64,000 bases of DNA from Acidobacteriota bacterium (lineage in GTDB: Bacteria > Acidobacteriota > UBA890 > WLXD01), in contig CAXWPL010000003.1 in assembly GCA_963666215.2 (NCBI GenBank), forward strand, positions 352,001-416,000, written 5' to 3'. The position numbers were made by a program, and so were the translations under genes. The notes under the pieces are model-generated. The model ran no database searches. It had not been told where the DNA came from and worked only from the letters and a program-made list of their open reading frames with translations. Shown piece after piece: positions 39,603-50,725 of this stretch (the first letter of the stretch is position 1; each line of letters opens with the position of its first letter).

Positions 39603-42368
39603 ATGGACCGACTGAACTTCAAGCTGACAATCGCCGCGCCCTCGATCGTCCTACTCGTGGTCCTGGGGGCCACCATGGGACCGGCCCAGAGCCAGGAGGC
39701 GACCTGGTACCCCGACCCTTCCGATTACGATCCTGCGATCCCGACGCTCGAGCAGGTCGTCGGACATGCCCCAGGTGATCGCATCACATCGCCCGAAGAG
39801 GTCGGTCGTTACCTGCAGGCGCTCGCCCAGGCAACGCCGCGCGTCCAGGTGTACGAGTACGCCCGCACCTGGGAGGATCGACCGCTGTGGTACGCGGTGG
39901 TGGCGTCGGAAGAGAACATGAGCCGGATCGAAGAGATCCGATCTGACAATGTTGCGCTCGCCGACCCCAATGCCACGTCAGAGGCAGAAGCGGATGCAAT
40001 CATCGCCTCGAATCCGGTGGTCACGTGGCTTGCGTACGGCGTGCACGGCAACGAGATCTCGAGTACCGACGCCGCGCTGCTGACGATCTATCACCTCGTC
40101 GCCGCTCGCGCCGACAGCCTGGCATCCAGCGTTCTCGCGAGCTCGGTGGTGGTCGTCGACCCCATGCAGAACCCCGACGGTCGCAACCGATTCGTCAACC
40201 ACTACCGGCAGGCTGTGGGACGCTGGCCGAATGCATCGAGCGCTTCGGTGGAACAGAACGAAGCCTGGCCGGGCGGCCGCACGAACCACTACCTGTTCGA
40301 CCTGAATCGCGACTGGTTCGCCCAAACGCAGCCCGAGTCGCGCGGCAAGGTGGCGGCGTTCATGCACTGGCGCCCGCAGGTCTATGTCGACCTACACGAG
40401 ATGGGCGGCAACTCGAGTTATTACTTCCCGCCACAGGCCGCACCCCTCAACCCACACATGGCGGCCGACACCCACAAGTGGACGCAGGTCATCAGCGACA
40501 ACAACGCGCGCTGGTTCGATCGCCTGGGCTTCGACTACTTCAACAACGAGGTGTTCGACTCCTTCTACCCCGGGTACGGCGCCAGCTGGCCAACCTACCA
40601 GGGCGCGATAGGCATGACCTACGAGCAGGCATCGTCGCGTGGCCTGCTCTACCAGCGCAACGATGACACTGTGCTCGCCTACCGTGAGACGGTCCGCCAC
40701 CACTTCATCGCCTCGCTGTCGACCGCCGAGGCAACGGCGAACAACCGCGCGGAGATCCTGCGCGACTTCTACGACTTCGGCCGCGAGGCAATCGATGAGG
40801 GCGCTGCCGACGAAATGCGCGAGGTCATCATCGATCCCGCACGCGACCCTGGCCGCGCCGCCAAGCTGGTGCAGCTACTGATGACGCAGGGGGTGGAGGT
40901 GTCGCGCTCCGCGGCCTCGTTCAGCAACGTCGTGGTCGGCTACCACGGTGGCGATCCGGCGCCGCGCGACTTCCCCGCTGGCACCTACCGCATTTCTCTC
41001 GCCCAGCCGGCGAAGCGGCTGGTGAAGGTTTTACTGGCCCCAGAAACGCCCATGGACGAGGAGTTCATGGCTGAGCAGCGTCGACGCTACGCGCGCCGTC
41101 TCGGCGACCAGATTTACGACATCAGCGGCTGGTCGCTGCCGCTGCTGTTCGACCTCGACGCCTACATCGCCTCGGAGCCCTCGAGCAACGCCGACACGCT
41201 TGCGGCCGACCGACTGGCACCGGCCGACGACGCCTCGAGCACCGACCTCGCAGCGGGCGGCGTTCACGGCGACACCGCCAGCGTGGCCTACCTGCTCCCC
41301 TGGGGAACGCAGTCGACCCTGCGCGCACTGGCGATGATGCATCGGCACGACATCCGCGTGCACAGCGCCGACGACGAGTTCGCCATCGGCGGGCGTGACT
41401 ACCCGGCGGGCTCGCTGATCGTCAAGGTCGCCGGCAACCCCGACGACCTGCACGAACAGTTGGTTCGCATCGCGAGCCACTCGGGTGCCGACATCTACCC
41501 GGCCAACAGCTCGCGCGTGACCTCGGGCGTCAACTTCGGCTCCGGTCGCGTGCGCTACCTACCCAAGCCGCGTGTTGCGCTCGCCTACGACGTGCCCACG
41601 AGCGCCTATTCCGCAGGCTGGGCGCGCTACCTGCTCGAGGCCGCCTACGAAGTGCCCGTGACGATCGTTCGTACTTCCCAGCTCGCGGGGCTGGCGGCGC
41701 GCGAGCTCGAGAAGTTCAACGTGATCATCCTCCCGGACGCCGGGGGCTTCTCCGGAGGTGGTGGCGGAGGCTACGGAAGCTCGTTTGGTGAGACATCACT
41801 CGACAGGCTCAAAGCCTGGCTCCGTGCTGGCGGCACGCTGGTCACGATCGGCGGCGCCACCCGATGGGCCACCGACGAAGAGGTCGGCCTACTGGCCACC
41901 AAGCGTCGCCGGAAGACCAACGACCTGGAGAACGAGGACGCCGTTGGCCAAGCAGACTCCGAGCGACCCGCCGACCCAGGACTACCAGACGGTGTCTACG
42001 CCGAGGAAGAAGAGCCCACGGCGTTACCTGGCGCCGTGCTGCGCGCCCAGGTCGACGGAGAGCACTGGCTCGGCTTCGGGTACAGCGACCGCGTGAACCT
42101 GATCGCACAGTCACGCAACTTCTACGATCCATTGACGCTCGACGAGGGCCTCAATGTCGCAACTTACCTACCAGCCGAGGAGCTGCTCGTCTCCGGAGTC
42201 GCGTGGGAGCCGGAGCTCGAGCTCATCGCCGGAACGCCCTTCCTGATGGTGCAAAGCCACGGCCAAGGCAACGTTGTGGCCTTCACCGAGGACCCCAACT
42301 TCCGCGCCTACTTCGACGGGCTCAACCTGCTGTTCCTCAACGGCGTCCTCCTGGGCCCGGGCCACTAA
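39603..42368 (+). CDS. M14 zinc carboxypeptidase with C-terminal GATase-like domain
   Basis: VHGNE, NPDGR, DLNRD, DLHEMG. Confidence 0.88.
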   Translation: MDRLNFKLTIAAPSIVLLVVLGATMGPAQSQEATWYPDPSDYDPAIPTLEQVVGHAPGDRITSPEEVGRYLQALAQATPRVQVYEYARTWEDRPLWYAVVASEENMSRIEEIRSDNVALADPNATSEAEADAIIASNPVVTWLAYGVHGNEISSTDAALLTIYHLVAARADSLASSVLASSVVVVDPMQNPDGRNRFVNHYRQAVGRWPNASSASVEQNEAWPGGRTNHYLFDLNRDWFAQTQPESRGKVAAFMHWRPQVYVDLHEMGGNSSYYFPPQAAPLNPHMAADTHKWTQVISDNNARWFDRLGFDYFNNEVFDSFYPGYGASWPTYQGAIGMTYEQASSRGLLYQRNDDTVLAYRETVRHHFIASLSTAEATANNRAEILRDFYDFGREAIDEGAADEMREVIIDPARDPGRAAKLVQLLMTQGVEVSRSAASFSNVVVGYHGGDPAPRDFPAGTYRISLAQPAKRLVKVLLAPETPMDEEFMAEQRRRYARRLGDQIYDISGWSLPLLFDLDAYIASEPSSNADTLAADRLAPADDASSTDLAAGGVHGDTASVAYLLPWGTQSTLRALAMMHRHDIRVHSADDEFAIGGRDYPAGSLIVKVAGNPDDLHEQLVRIASHSGADIYPANSSRVTSGVNFGSGRVRYLPKPRVALAYDVPTSAYSAGWARYLLEAAYEVPVTIVRTSQLAGLAARELEKFNVIILPDAGGFSGGGGGGYGSSFGETSLDRLKAWLRAGGTLVTIGGATRWATDEEVGLLATKRRRKTNDLENEDAVGQADSERPADPGLPDGVYAEEEEPTALPGAVLRAQVDGEHWLGFGYSDRVNLIAQSRNFYDPLTLDEGLNVATYLPAEELLVSGVAWEPELELIAGTPFLMVQSHGQGNVVAFTEDPNFRAYFDGLNLLFLNGVLLGPGH

Positions 42369-42376
42369 AGGCCGAC

Positions 42377-43279
42377 ATGCGTGGGCCGCTTCGCACGGTG
42401 TGGCCGATTCTGCTGGTCGTGTTCCCGCTCCCGCTCCCGCTCCAAGCCTTGTTGCCCGCGTCGGCCGCGGGCAACGCCTCGCGACCGGTGCCGACGGCCG
42501 CGCTGCCCCACGCCAGCTCGCAAGGCGCAACGTGTGCCGACCCCGCGCTCGCCGCTCTGACTCCGCCCGAGGTTCCGTCGGAGGAGCCGCCTATCCTCCC
42601 CTACGAGAAGATCAACCCGGCCGGATCCAGGCTCTACCTGGGCATCGGCCGCCTCCACCCGACCGGGGGTGGCGGCTGGGATTGGTATCGCCAAGCACGA
42701 ATCCCGCTCTTCGCAGCCCCAGGCGAGGAGCCGCTCCTGTGGATCCTCGACGGCTGGCTGCTCGTTGGTCGTCGTCCGAGCGGCACGTTCAGCACGGTGC
42801 AACCTCTTGAAACGGCCGGCATGGTGGAGACCGAATACGAGGTCCCCTCGTTCATCGTGCTCGAGTCGCGTAACGACGGCTGGATTCGTCTGCGCTGGGC
42901 ACCCGACAGTGCCGGCGTCGCGTGGACCCACAGCTGCCTGCTCAGCCTCGGGCGGCAGCCGCTTGTTGTGCAGACGTGGGCCGAGCTGTTCGAAAGCTTC
43001 GAAGACTCTCCGATGTACTTCCGCTCCGAAGTTCGACATTCGCTGCGCACCGGCGCCTCGATCGACAGCGCCCGCATCGGCTGGGTGCCGGCAAGCCCCA
43101 ACGACTACCACTTGGAGCCGCTGGAGATACGTGGCGACTGGATGCGGGTTGAGCTCGTGGAGCCTTCCGACTACTGCGCCGGCCCCGATGCGCCAGCATC
43201 AACCCGGCGCGAAGGCTGGGTGAAGTGGCGCGACGACGAGATCGGACCCTGGGTCTGGTACTACACGCGCGGCTGCTGA
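42377..43279 (+). CDS. Exported hypothetical protein with SH3b-like segments
   Basis: Signal-like N-terminus; VLESRNDGWIRL, LEIRGDWMRVEL...EGWVKW. Confidence 0.6.
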   Translation: MRGPLRTVWPILLVVFPLPLPLQALLPASAAGNASRPVPTAALPHASSQGATCADPALAALTPPEVPSEEPPILPYEKINPAGSRLYLGIGRLHPTGGGGWDWYRQARIPLFAAPGEEPLLWILDGWLLVGRRPSGTFSTVQPLETAGMVETEYEVPSFIVLESRNDGWIRLRWAPDSAGVAWTHSCLLSLGRQPLVVQTWAELFESFEDSPMYFRSEVRHSLRTGASIDSARIGWVPASPNDYHLEPLEIRGDWMRVELVEPSDYCAGPDAPASTRREGWVKWRDDEIGPWVWYYTRGC

Positions 43280-43346
43280 GACCTATCATCCGCAAGACTC
43301 GCGCCCCGTAGGCTTCGCCAGGCAACACCACCGCGTTCGAGACACC

Positions 43347-45149
43347 ATGAAACACGTCCGCAATTTCTGCATCATCGCGCATATCGACCACGGCAAGTCG
43401 ACCCTCGCCGATCGGTTGATCCAGGCGTGTGGTGGCGTGTCGGATCGCGACTTCCACGACCAGCTGCTCGACTCGATGGACATCGAGCAGGAGCGTGGAA
43501 TCACCATCAAGAGCAACACGATCACGCTGTCGTACAAGGCCGCCGACGGTGTCGAGTACGAGCTCAACCTCATCGACACGCCCGGTCACGTGGACTTTTC
43601 GCACGAGGTGCGCCGCTCGTTGATGTCGTGCGAAGGCGCCCTGCTGCTCATTGACGCCTCGCAGGGTGTCGAAGCCCAAACGGTGGCGAACCTCTACCTG
43701 GCGCTCGAGTACGACCTCGAGGTCGTTCCGGTCATCAACAAGATCGATCTTCCGTCGGCCGACCCAGAGAGAGTTCGCGAGCAGATCGATGCCGATCTCG
43801 GGCTCGATCCATTCGAAGTCGTGCTGGCGTCGGCCAAGACGGGCGACGGCCTCGACGATGTGCTCGAGGCGATCGTCAGCAAGCTACCAGCGCCCAAGGG
43901 CAATCCCGACCCGGAGGCACCTCTGCAGGCGCTGATTTTCGATGCCGAATACGACGCCTATCGCGGCGTCATTCTTCTCGTGCGCATTTTCCAGGGGCGT
44001 CTGCGCAGCGGCGAAGCGATCAAGCTCATGCACACCGATGCCGACTACCAAATTGAAGAGCTCGGCAAGTTGCGACTGAAGCGCGTGCCCGACAAAGAAC
44101 TGCTCGCTGGCGACGTCGGCTACCTGATTGCGGGCGTGAAGTCGGTGAGCGACATCGATGTGGGCGACACGATTACACACGTCAACGCGCCTGCCGCCGA
44201 ACCGCTCCCCGGGTACGTGCCCGCCAAGCCAGTGGTTTTCTCGTCGATGTACCCGATGTCATCGGACAAGTACATCGAGCTCGGCAAGGCGCTCGACAAG
44301 CTCAAGCTCAACGACGCCTCTCTGACGTTCCAGAAAGACTCGTCGAGCGCTTTGGGGTTCGGGTATCGCTGCGGCTTTCTGGGGATGCTGCACTTGGATG
44401 TAGTGCAAGAGCGCCTCGGGCGTGAGTACGACTTGTCGCTGCTGCTCACGGCGCCGTCGGTGCAGTACCGCGTGACCACCACCGATGGTGTGCCGCGCGT
44501 ACTCGAGAATCCGATCGAGTTCCCCGATCCCGCAACCATCGAGTCTGTCGAGGAGCCCTACATCAAGGCCTCCGTTCTCATGCCCGACCGCTACCTGGGG
44601 GTGGTCATGGAACTGCTACTCGACAAGCGCGCCAGCGCAACGAAGTTCAGCTACCTGGCGGTGGGTCGGGTGGAACTGACCTGCGACGTACCGCTGGCAG
44701 AGGTGCTGTTCGACTTCTACGACCGGCTGAAAACAATCACTCAAGGCTACGGCTCGTTCGACTACGAAGTTATCGACGACCGCCCCACCGACGTTGTCAA
44801 AGTCGACATCCTGGTCAACGGCGAGCGTGTCGACGCGCTGGCGATGTTGGTGCACCGCGAAAAGGCCCGCGCTCGCGCGCTGCAGGCCTGCGAACAGCTG
44901 CACAAGCACATCCCTCGACAGAACATCAAGATCGCCATCCAGGGCGCCATCGGCCGCGACATCATCGCCCGCAAGACACTCTCGCCGTACCGCAAGGACG
45001 TCATCGCCAAGTGCTACGGCGGCGACATCACCCGCAAGCGCAAGCTGCTCGAAAAGCAGAAGGCGGGCAAGAAACGCATGCGATCGTTCGGATCGGTGGA
45101 GATCCCGCAGGAGGCTTTCCTCGCGGTGCTCCGAACCGACACCGAGTAG
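43347..45149 (+). CDS. lepA: Elongation factor 4
   Basis: IAHIDHGKSTLADR, DTPGHVDF, GFLGMLH, CYGGDITRKRKLLEKQK. Confidence 0.98.
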   Translation: MKHVRNFCIIAHIDHGKSTLADRLIQACGGVSDRDFHDQLLDSMDIEQERGITIKSNTITLSYKAADGVEYELNLIDTPGHVDFSHEVRRSLMSCEGALLLIDASQGVEAQTVANLYLALEYDLEVVPVINKIDLPSADPERVREQIDADLGLDPFEVVLASAKTGDGLDDVLEAIVSKLPAPKGNPDPEAPLQALIFDAEYDAYRGVILLVRIFQGRLRSGEAIKLMHTDADYQIEELGKLRLKRVPDKELLAGDVGYLIAGVKSVSDIDVGDTITHVNAPAAEPLPGYVPAKPVVFSSMYPMSSDKYIELGKALDKLKLNDASLTFQKDSSSALGFGYRCGFLGMLHLDVVQERLGREYDLSLLLTAPSVQYRVTTTDGVPRVLENPIEFPDPATIESVEEPYIKASVLMPDRYLGVVMELLLDKRASATKFSYLAVGRVELTCDVPLAEVLFDFYDRLKTITQGYGSFDYEVIDDRPTDVVKVDILVNGERVDALAMLVHREKARARALQACEQLHKHIPRQNIKIAIQGAIGRDIIARKTLSPYRKDVIAKCYGGDITRKRKLLEKQKAGKKRMRSFGSVEIPQEAFLAVLRTDTE

Positions 45150-45179
45150 CTGGCTGCGCTACCCAACAGAGCCTCGCCC

Positions 45180-47922
45180 ATGATCGGCACGACCGTTTCC
45201 CACTTCAAGATCACCGCCAAGCTGGGTGAGGGCGGGATGGGAGAGGTATTTCGAGCCGAGGACACGAAGCTCGGCCGCGAGGTGGCCCTCAAGGTGTTGC
45301 CAACCGAGGTGGCCAGCGATCCGGAGCGGCTGAAGCGGTTCAGTCGCGAGGCCAAGTCGGTCGCGGCGCTCAACCATCCGAACATCGTGACCATCTATGC
45401 GGTCGAAGATGCCGTCGGTGTCCCCTACCTCGTCATGGAGCTCGTCGAAGGCAAGAGCCTCGATCGGCTAATGCCGCCTTCCGGCTTCGACCTCGCTTCC
45501 TTCTTTCCGATCGCGATTCAACTCGCCGACGCGCTGGCCGCAGCTCACGACCAGGGCATCGTCCACCGTGACATCAAGCCGGCCAATGTCATGGTCACCG
45601 AATCGGGCCGGGTCAAGATCCTCGACTTCGGTCTGGCCAAGCTGGCAAAGGCCGCGACTGACAACGCCGAGACCGAGCTCACGCGGGACGGCATGATCCT
45701 TGGGACAGCGCCGTACATGTCTCCGGAGCAGGCGCAGGGCGACACGGTGGATCCGCGCAGCGACATCTTCTCGCTCGGGATCGTGCTCTACGAGATGGCG
45801 ACCGGTCAGCGGCCGTTTCAAGGCGACAACGCGATTGCCGTCATCTCCGCGATCCTGCGCGACGCGCCACCTCGGGTAACTGAGGTGCGGGCCGAGCTTC
45901 CTCGACACCTCGGGCGAATCATCACCCGCTGCCTCGAAAAAACCCCGGCTGAACGCTACCAGGCCGCTCGCGAGCTTCATCTGGAGCTTCGACGACTGTA
46001 CGAGGAAACACAGGCCCCGAGCCTCTCGACGCCTGTCTCGACCGTACGGCTGCCCGCGCAACCAACACTCTTCATCGGGCGCGCGAAGGAGGTAGCGGCG
46101 GTGAAACAGTTGTTGCGGCGCGATGACGTTCGGCTGGTAACGCTGACAGGGCCTGGCGGGACGGGGAAGACGCGCTTGAGTCTGCAGGTCGCCACCGCTC
46201 TCCGCGACGAGTACGAGCATGGAGCCTATTTCGTCGATCTGGCGGCGGTCACCGATCCCGAGCGCGTGCCATCGGCAATTGCGACCGCTTTGGAGGTCAC
46301 CGAGGTCGCCGGCCAAGCGATGGGAGACACGCTCGGGCACCACCTCCAAGACAAGCAGGCGCTGCTTGTGCTCGACAACTACGAACAGATCGTCGAATCG
46401 GCTCCTGTGGTGGGTGATCTGCTGGCGGCGGCACCCGGCGTCAAGGTCATGGCCACTAGCCGTGAGTCGCTGCGCCTGAGTGGCGAGCAGAACTACGCCG
46501 TGCCACCACTGGGTCTGCCCGACCTGCAGCGTACCGAGCCGATTGCCGAAACCTCGCGGTACGAGTCGGTCGCCCTGTTCATTCAGCGCGCGAAGGCCGT
46601 GCGGCCTGATTTCGAGATCGACGAAGAGAACGCCGTCGAGGTCGCCAAGATCTGCGTGCGGCTGGATGGCCTGCCACTGGCAATCGAAATGGCGGCGGCT
46701 CGTGTGGCGATCTTCTCGACGGCGCAGCTGCTTGAACGTCTCGAACACCGGCTCAACACGATGAGCAGTCGGCTACGCGATCTCCCTCTTCGCCAACGCA
46801 CACTGCGCGGCACGATCGACTGGTCCCATGACCTTCTGGATGAAGACGAGAAGACGCTTTTCAGGCGGTTGGCTGTCTTCACGGGTGGGCGGGCACTCGA
46901 AGCGGCAGAAGCGGTGTGCGGAGGTGGTGCCGGCGGGGCCGAGCACCTGGCGCCCCTGCAGATCGATGTGGCGGAAGGGCTCGAGTCACTGGTTCACAAG
47001 AGTCTGTTGCGGCGAATACCAGGACCCGGTGGCGAGCCTCGCTTCGTCATGTTGGAAACGATTCACGAGTATGCGCGCGAGCGTCTGGACGAGCACGACG
47101 AAGGCGAGCGGTTGCGTGGTCTACACGCACAGTATTTCGCCGCGCTGGCTGAAGAAGCCGAACCCGTTGTCGACACCGGCGAGTTCGCCACTTGGAAGCC
47201 GCGCTTTGTCGCCGAAGCCAACAACATCTCATCGGCGCTCGCCTGGTCGTTGACGAGTCGCGATATCGCGCCGGGAATCAGATTGTTGACGGCTATCAGC
47301 TTCTACTGGTTCCGCACCGGAAGTCATGCGCCCTTTCAAGAGTGGGTGAATCGAGCACTGGAGCGGATAGACGACGTGCCCGTGGCGCTACGATCCAAGT
47401 TCTTGCTGACAGCGGGGCTGAGCGCTGCCTCAGAGGGTACGATGGCACGATCACGCGGGTTCGCGCAGGAAGCGCTTGCGATTGCCCTGGAGGAGGGGAA
47501 CAAGCAGCAAACTGCGCGCGCGTACCTTTCTCTGATGATGACGGCAGTGGGAATGCGCGATTCAGACTTGTATGAGCAATCCAAGCTATGGCTGGACGAA
47601 GCCTTGGTGATCGGCGACGAATTGCAGGATCGCAATATGAAAGCCAAGGGTCTGAACGCGATGGGTGAGATCGCCCGTTCAAACGATGACTACGTGACAG
47701 CCAAGCGCATCGATCGGATCGAAAATCCAGGCCGCAGACGTCGCCCAGTACGAGCGTGGTCGGGCCGCTGTAAGAGCGCTCATGGAGGCTGCGGAGTTCG
47801 ACAGGTTGCGGGCGGAAGGGCGGGAGATGTCGCTTGATGACGCAGTGGCCTACGTGCTCGCCGACGACACCGAGGAGCGAGCGACTCGGACGGGTGGTAT
47901 TCCGGATCGAGGTCCTGGCTAG
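45180..47922 (+). pseudogene. Ser/Thr kinase + STAND-like ATPase + TPR protein with deletion/frameshift near the C-terminus
   Basis: LGEGGMG, HRDIKPAN, DFG, GPGGTGKT, LDNYE, LDGLPLAIE; the normal-looking C-terminus (EGREMSLDDAVAYVL) is in another frame at 47710-47922. Confidence 0.8.
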
Positions 47923-48008
47923 TTCGCGGCTCGATCGAAGGCGGTGCGCGCGGCGGAGACTCGCCGCGACTAAAGATGGGCATGGGATTCCGCGGCGTCC
48001 AGCCGGGC

Positions 48009-48755
48009 TCAGCCCAGCTCCCGACGAGCCGCCGCGAACACGTCGGCGAGCATGGGACGCGTGAGCTTGCCTGTGAAGGTGTTCTGCTGGCTCGGGTGAT
48101 ACGAGGTGATCAAGGTCAAGCTCGACGGGCCGGCCGCGGCGATCGGATCGTCGCGGATCACCGAGACGTGGCGACCATGGCCGAACTTCGGCTTCGGCAC
48201 CGGCACTCTGAAACGGCGATCACGTAGCACGCGCAGCGTGTGGTCGTAGGCGAACTGGCCCAGAACGACGATCACGCGGAGCCGATCGTCGCCACCGAGC
48301 AGGTCGAGCTCGCGCTCCAGAAACGGGCGACAATTGTCGCGCTCACCCGGGGTTGGCTTGTTGGCCGGCGGGGCGCAGCGCGCCGCCGCCGTGATGAAGC
48401 AATCGGTGAGCTCGAGCCCGTCGTCAACCGAGTTGGACGCCGACTGGTTGGCGAAGCCGGCCTCGTGCAGTGCCCTGAACAGCCAGTCTCCGGAACGATC
48501 GCCGGTGAACATGCGCCCGGTGCGATTCGCTCCGTGTGCGGCGGGGGCAAGACCCACAATCAGCAACCGCGCGCGACGGTCGCCCAGCCCTGGGACTGGC
48601 TTACCCCAGTAGGTCTCGTCCGCGAAGGCAGCTCGTTTGACGCGGGCCATCGTCTCGCGATGCTCGACGAGCCGCGGACACCGCCGGCACGCCGTGACGT
48701 CGGCGTCGAGCGCGTTCCAGCGCGAGGCGGCGTTGACGCTTGTGCGCTCGCTCAA
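48009..48755 (-). CDS. Uracil-DNA glycosylase family 5 (UdgB-like)
   Basis: CRRCPRL, GLAPAAHGANRTGRMFTGD, YHPSQQNT. Confidence 0.92.
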   Translation of the reverse strand: MSERTSVNAASRWNALDADVTACRRCPRLVEHRETMARVKRAAFADETYWGKPVPGLGDRRARLLIVGLAPAAHGANRTGRMFTGDRSGDWLFRALHEAGFANQSASNSVDDGLELTDCFITAAARCAPPANKPTPGERDNCRPFLERELDLLGGDDRLRVIVVLGQFAYDHTLRVLRDRRFRVPVPKPKFGHGRHVSVIRDDPIAAAGPSSLTLITSYHPSQQNTFTGKLTRPMLADVFAAARRELG

Positions 48756-49931
48756 CCGCACGTGGGCTCGTATCCGTGGGGAATCGTCAGCTCGTCGAGA
48801 TCTCGAACCGAAACGTACGGCACAAAGCCTTGCGCCAGTGCGCGGGCGACGAAGTCGGCGATCTTGGCGGCGTCGGTCAAGTAGTCGATTGCCAGGACGG
48901 GTAGGCCCGCGGCAACGAACTCGCCGAGCAGCTCCACGGTCTCGAGCTGTGGGTCGAGCTTGTTGTTCTCGCTCTTGTTGCCGAAGTAGAAGGTGTCTTC
49001 AGCGCCGATCACGTCGATCTGCTTGAAGTACTTGCGACGCTGCTTCGCGGCTTCCTTCACGGGATCGGAGGCATCGGGATACGACCAGTCCGCGATGATC
49101 GCCGAGCCGTTCTGAGGAATCGTCAGGAGGAATCGTCAGAAAGAACGGCACGTTCCGTTTCTTGCGCGCGTACTTGGAGAGCTTCTTGACGAGCTTGACC
49201 ATGTCGGCGGCTGCTTGGCGACGCTCGTCGTTGCCACCGTTCTCCGACGACCCCCAGAACTCGAAGGCGTCGATGATGTCGAGATAGACGCCATCGAAGC
49301 CAGCACCGATGATGCGGTCGAGGTAGCTCTTGCCGGCCCCCGACTTGACGCCGAACAGGATCTTGCGCCAGGCCTTGTGCCAGAAACGAACCTTGTAGTT
49401 GTCGGGGAAGTCGGGATTGAAGCCACCGAGCCAGGCCGGCGCCACCGCCGTCGGCAGACCGGCGGCGGCGATCCAAGCGTCGTCCCAGTAGTAGCGATAC
49501 GTCTCTGCCTCGCCGATGCTCAGGTAAGCGAGAACCACTCTGCGGCCGCACGGCCCGTCCTGCTTGAGGGATTCAATCTGCGCCGCTGGCCACTCCGAGT
49601 CGCCATCGCCATAGCGCGCGTAGTCGATGACCACCAGATCGAAGCGCGACGCACCGATGACGCCCAGGTCGGCGCCGTAGCCCTGCAACTGGTAGGCATA
49701 GTCGTCGATATCGATCGGAAAGTGATCGCCAACACCGCGAACAGGCACGCCGACGACGCCAGGCGAACTGCTCAGCCACGCGAGCGGGAGCAGAGCCATA
49801 CTTGCCACCAACGCCGATCTGCGTCTGGGCCTCGAGCCCCTCCGGTCACCGGACTCAGCGGCCAGACTCCGATGACGCCGACAGCGCCACCTCGACGCCG
49901 CGGCGCTGTGACCGAGGCGGAGGCGTCTCAA
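48752..49931 (-). pseudogene. GH114 / TM1410-MJ1477-like endo-alpha-1,4-polygalactosaminidase, frameshifted by a 13-bp duplication
   Basis: YQLQ, LVVID, AYLSIGEAE.YR.YW, GFDGVYLD; GAGGAATCGTCAG doubled at 49114-49139, and removing one copy gives LTIPQNG...IGAEDTFY; start uncertain. Confidence 0.85.
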
Positions 49932-50563
49932 GTCGTTCGCGTGCGGCGACCGTGCCAGATGTACCAGCAGCCGATCGAACGGTACGGGCGCCAGGGCTCG
50001 GCAATCTGTGATACGCGGTCTGCCGATGGGCGATCTCGGAGATCGTAGAACTGCTGGATGCCGTCCTGAATGCCGAGATCGTCGGCCACCAGAACATCGA
50101 GACGTCCGAGCCGGAAGAGCAGGAACACTTCCGCGGTCCAGCGCCCGATACCGAGAACCTGCGTGAGCTCGGCGATGACCTGGCTGTCGGTCATCGCCTT
50201 CAGGCGGCGGAGCCGGACAACGCCATCGTCGACCTTCGCAGCGAGGTCCTTCAGGTACCGAAGCTTCCGAGACGACAAGCCGGCGGCGCGCAGATCGTCG
50301 TCTGCTGTGGCTCGGAGTCTCGCCGCGGACGGCGCCCGACCTCCGTACAGGGCCAGGAACTTCCTGCGAATCGACGCCGCTGCTGCCACCGAGATCTGCT
50401 GCGAGATGACCGCGTAGATCAAAGCGGCGAGCGCGGGATGGTACGGAGTCTCGTCGATCCGACAGCGACCGACTTCGGCCATCACGTCACCCATGACCGG
50501 GTCGACGCGTCGCAGGTGGCGCTCGGCTGCCCTCAGCTCGCGTGGGTCGAAGATCCTCGGCAT
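49928..50563 (-). CDS. DNA-3-methyladenine glycosylase II (AlkA-like)
   Basis: ISQQIS..AA, GIGRWTAE HhH motif, DLG, WRPYRS. Confidence 0.9.
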   Translation of the reverse strand: MPRIFDPRELRAAERHLRRVDPVMGDVMAEVGRCRIDETPYHPALAALIYAVISQQISVAAAASIRRKFLALYGGRAPSAARLRATADDDLRAAGLSSRKLRYLKDLAAKVDDGVVRLRRLKAMTDSQVIAELTQVLGIGRWTAEVFLLFRLGRLDVLVADDLGIQDGIQQFYDLRDRPSADRVSQIAEPWRPYRSIGCWYIWHGRRTRTT

Positions 50564-50725
50564 CGGGGCAGCGTAACGACTTGTCGGGCTGGACGCGAGG
50601 TTCTAACGTGCGGCCATCTGCCAACCACGAGGCGTTGCGGCGTCCTCGATAGGGCACGACACCGTCTGGCGGGGCCGACTCACCTCGATCCGTCTCATTC
50701 CGAGCAACGCTCTACCTGGGAGCCC

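Noticed and set aside
16002-39676. Long antisense or alternate-frame ORFs (e.g. 16002-17636, 23970-25328, 31176-32618, 37679-39676, and the 36674 extension of the sulfatase)
   Set aside because: Shadow ORFs expected in high-GC DNA opposite well-supported genes; they carry no motifs.
43347-45149. lepA as an island integration hotspot
   Set aside because: No direct repeat of its 3' end and no integrase nearby.
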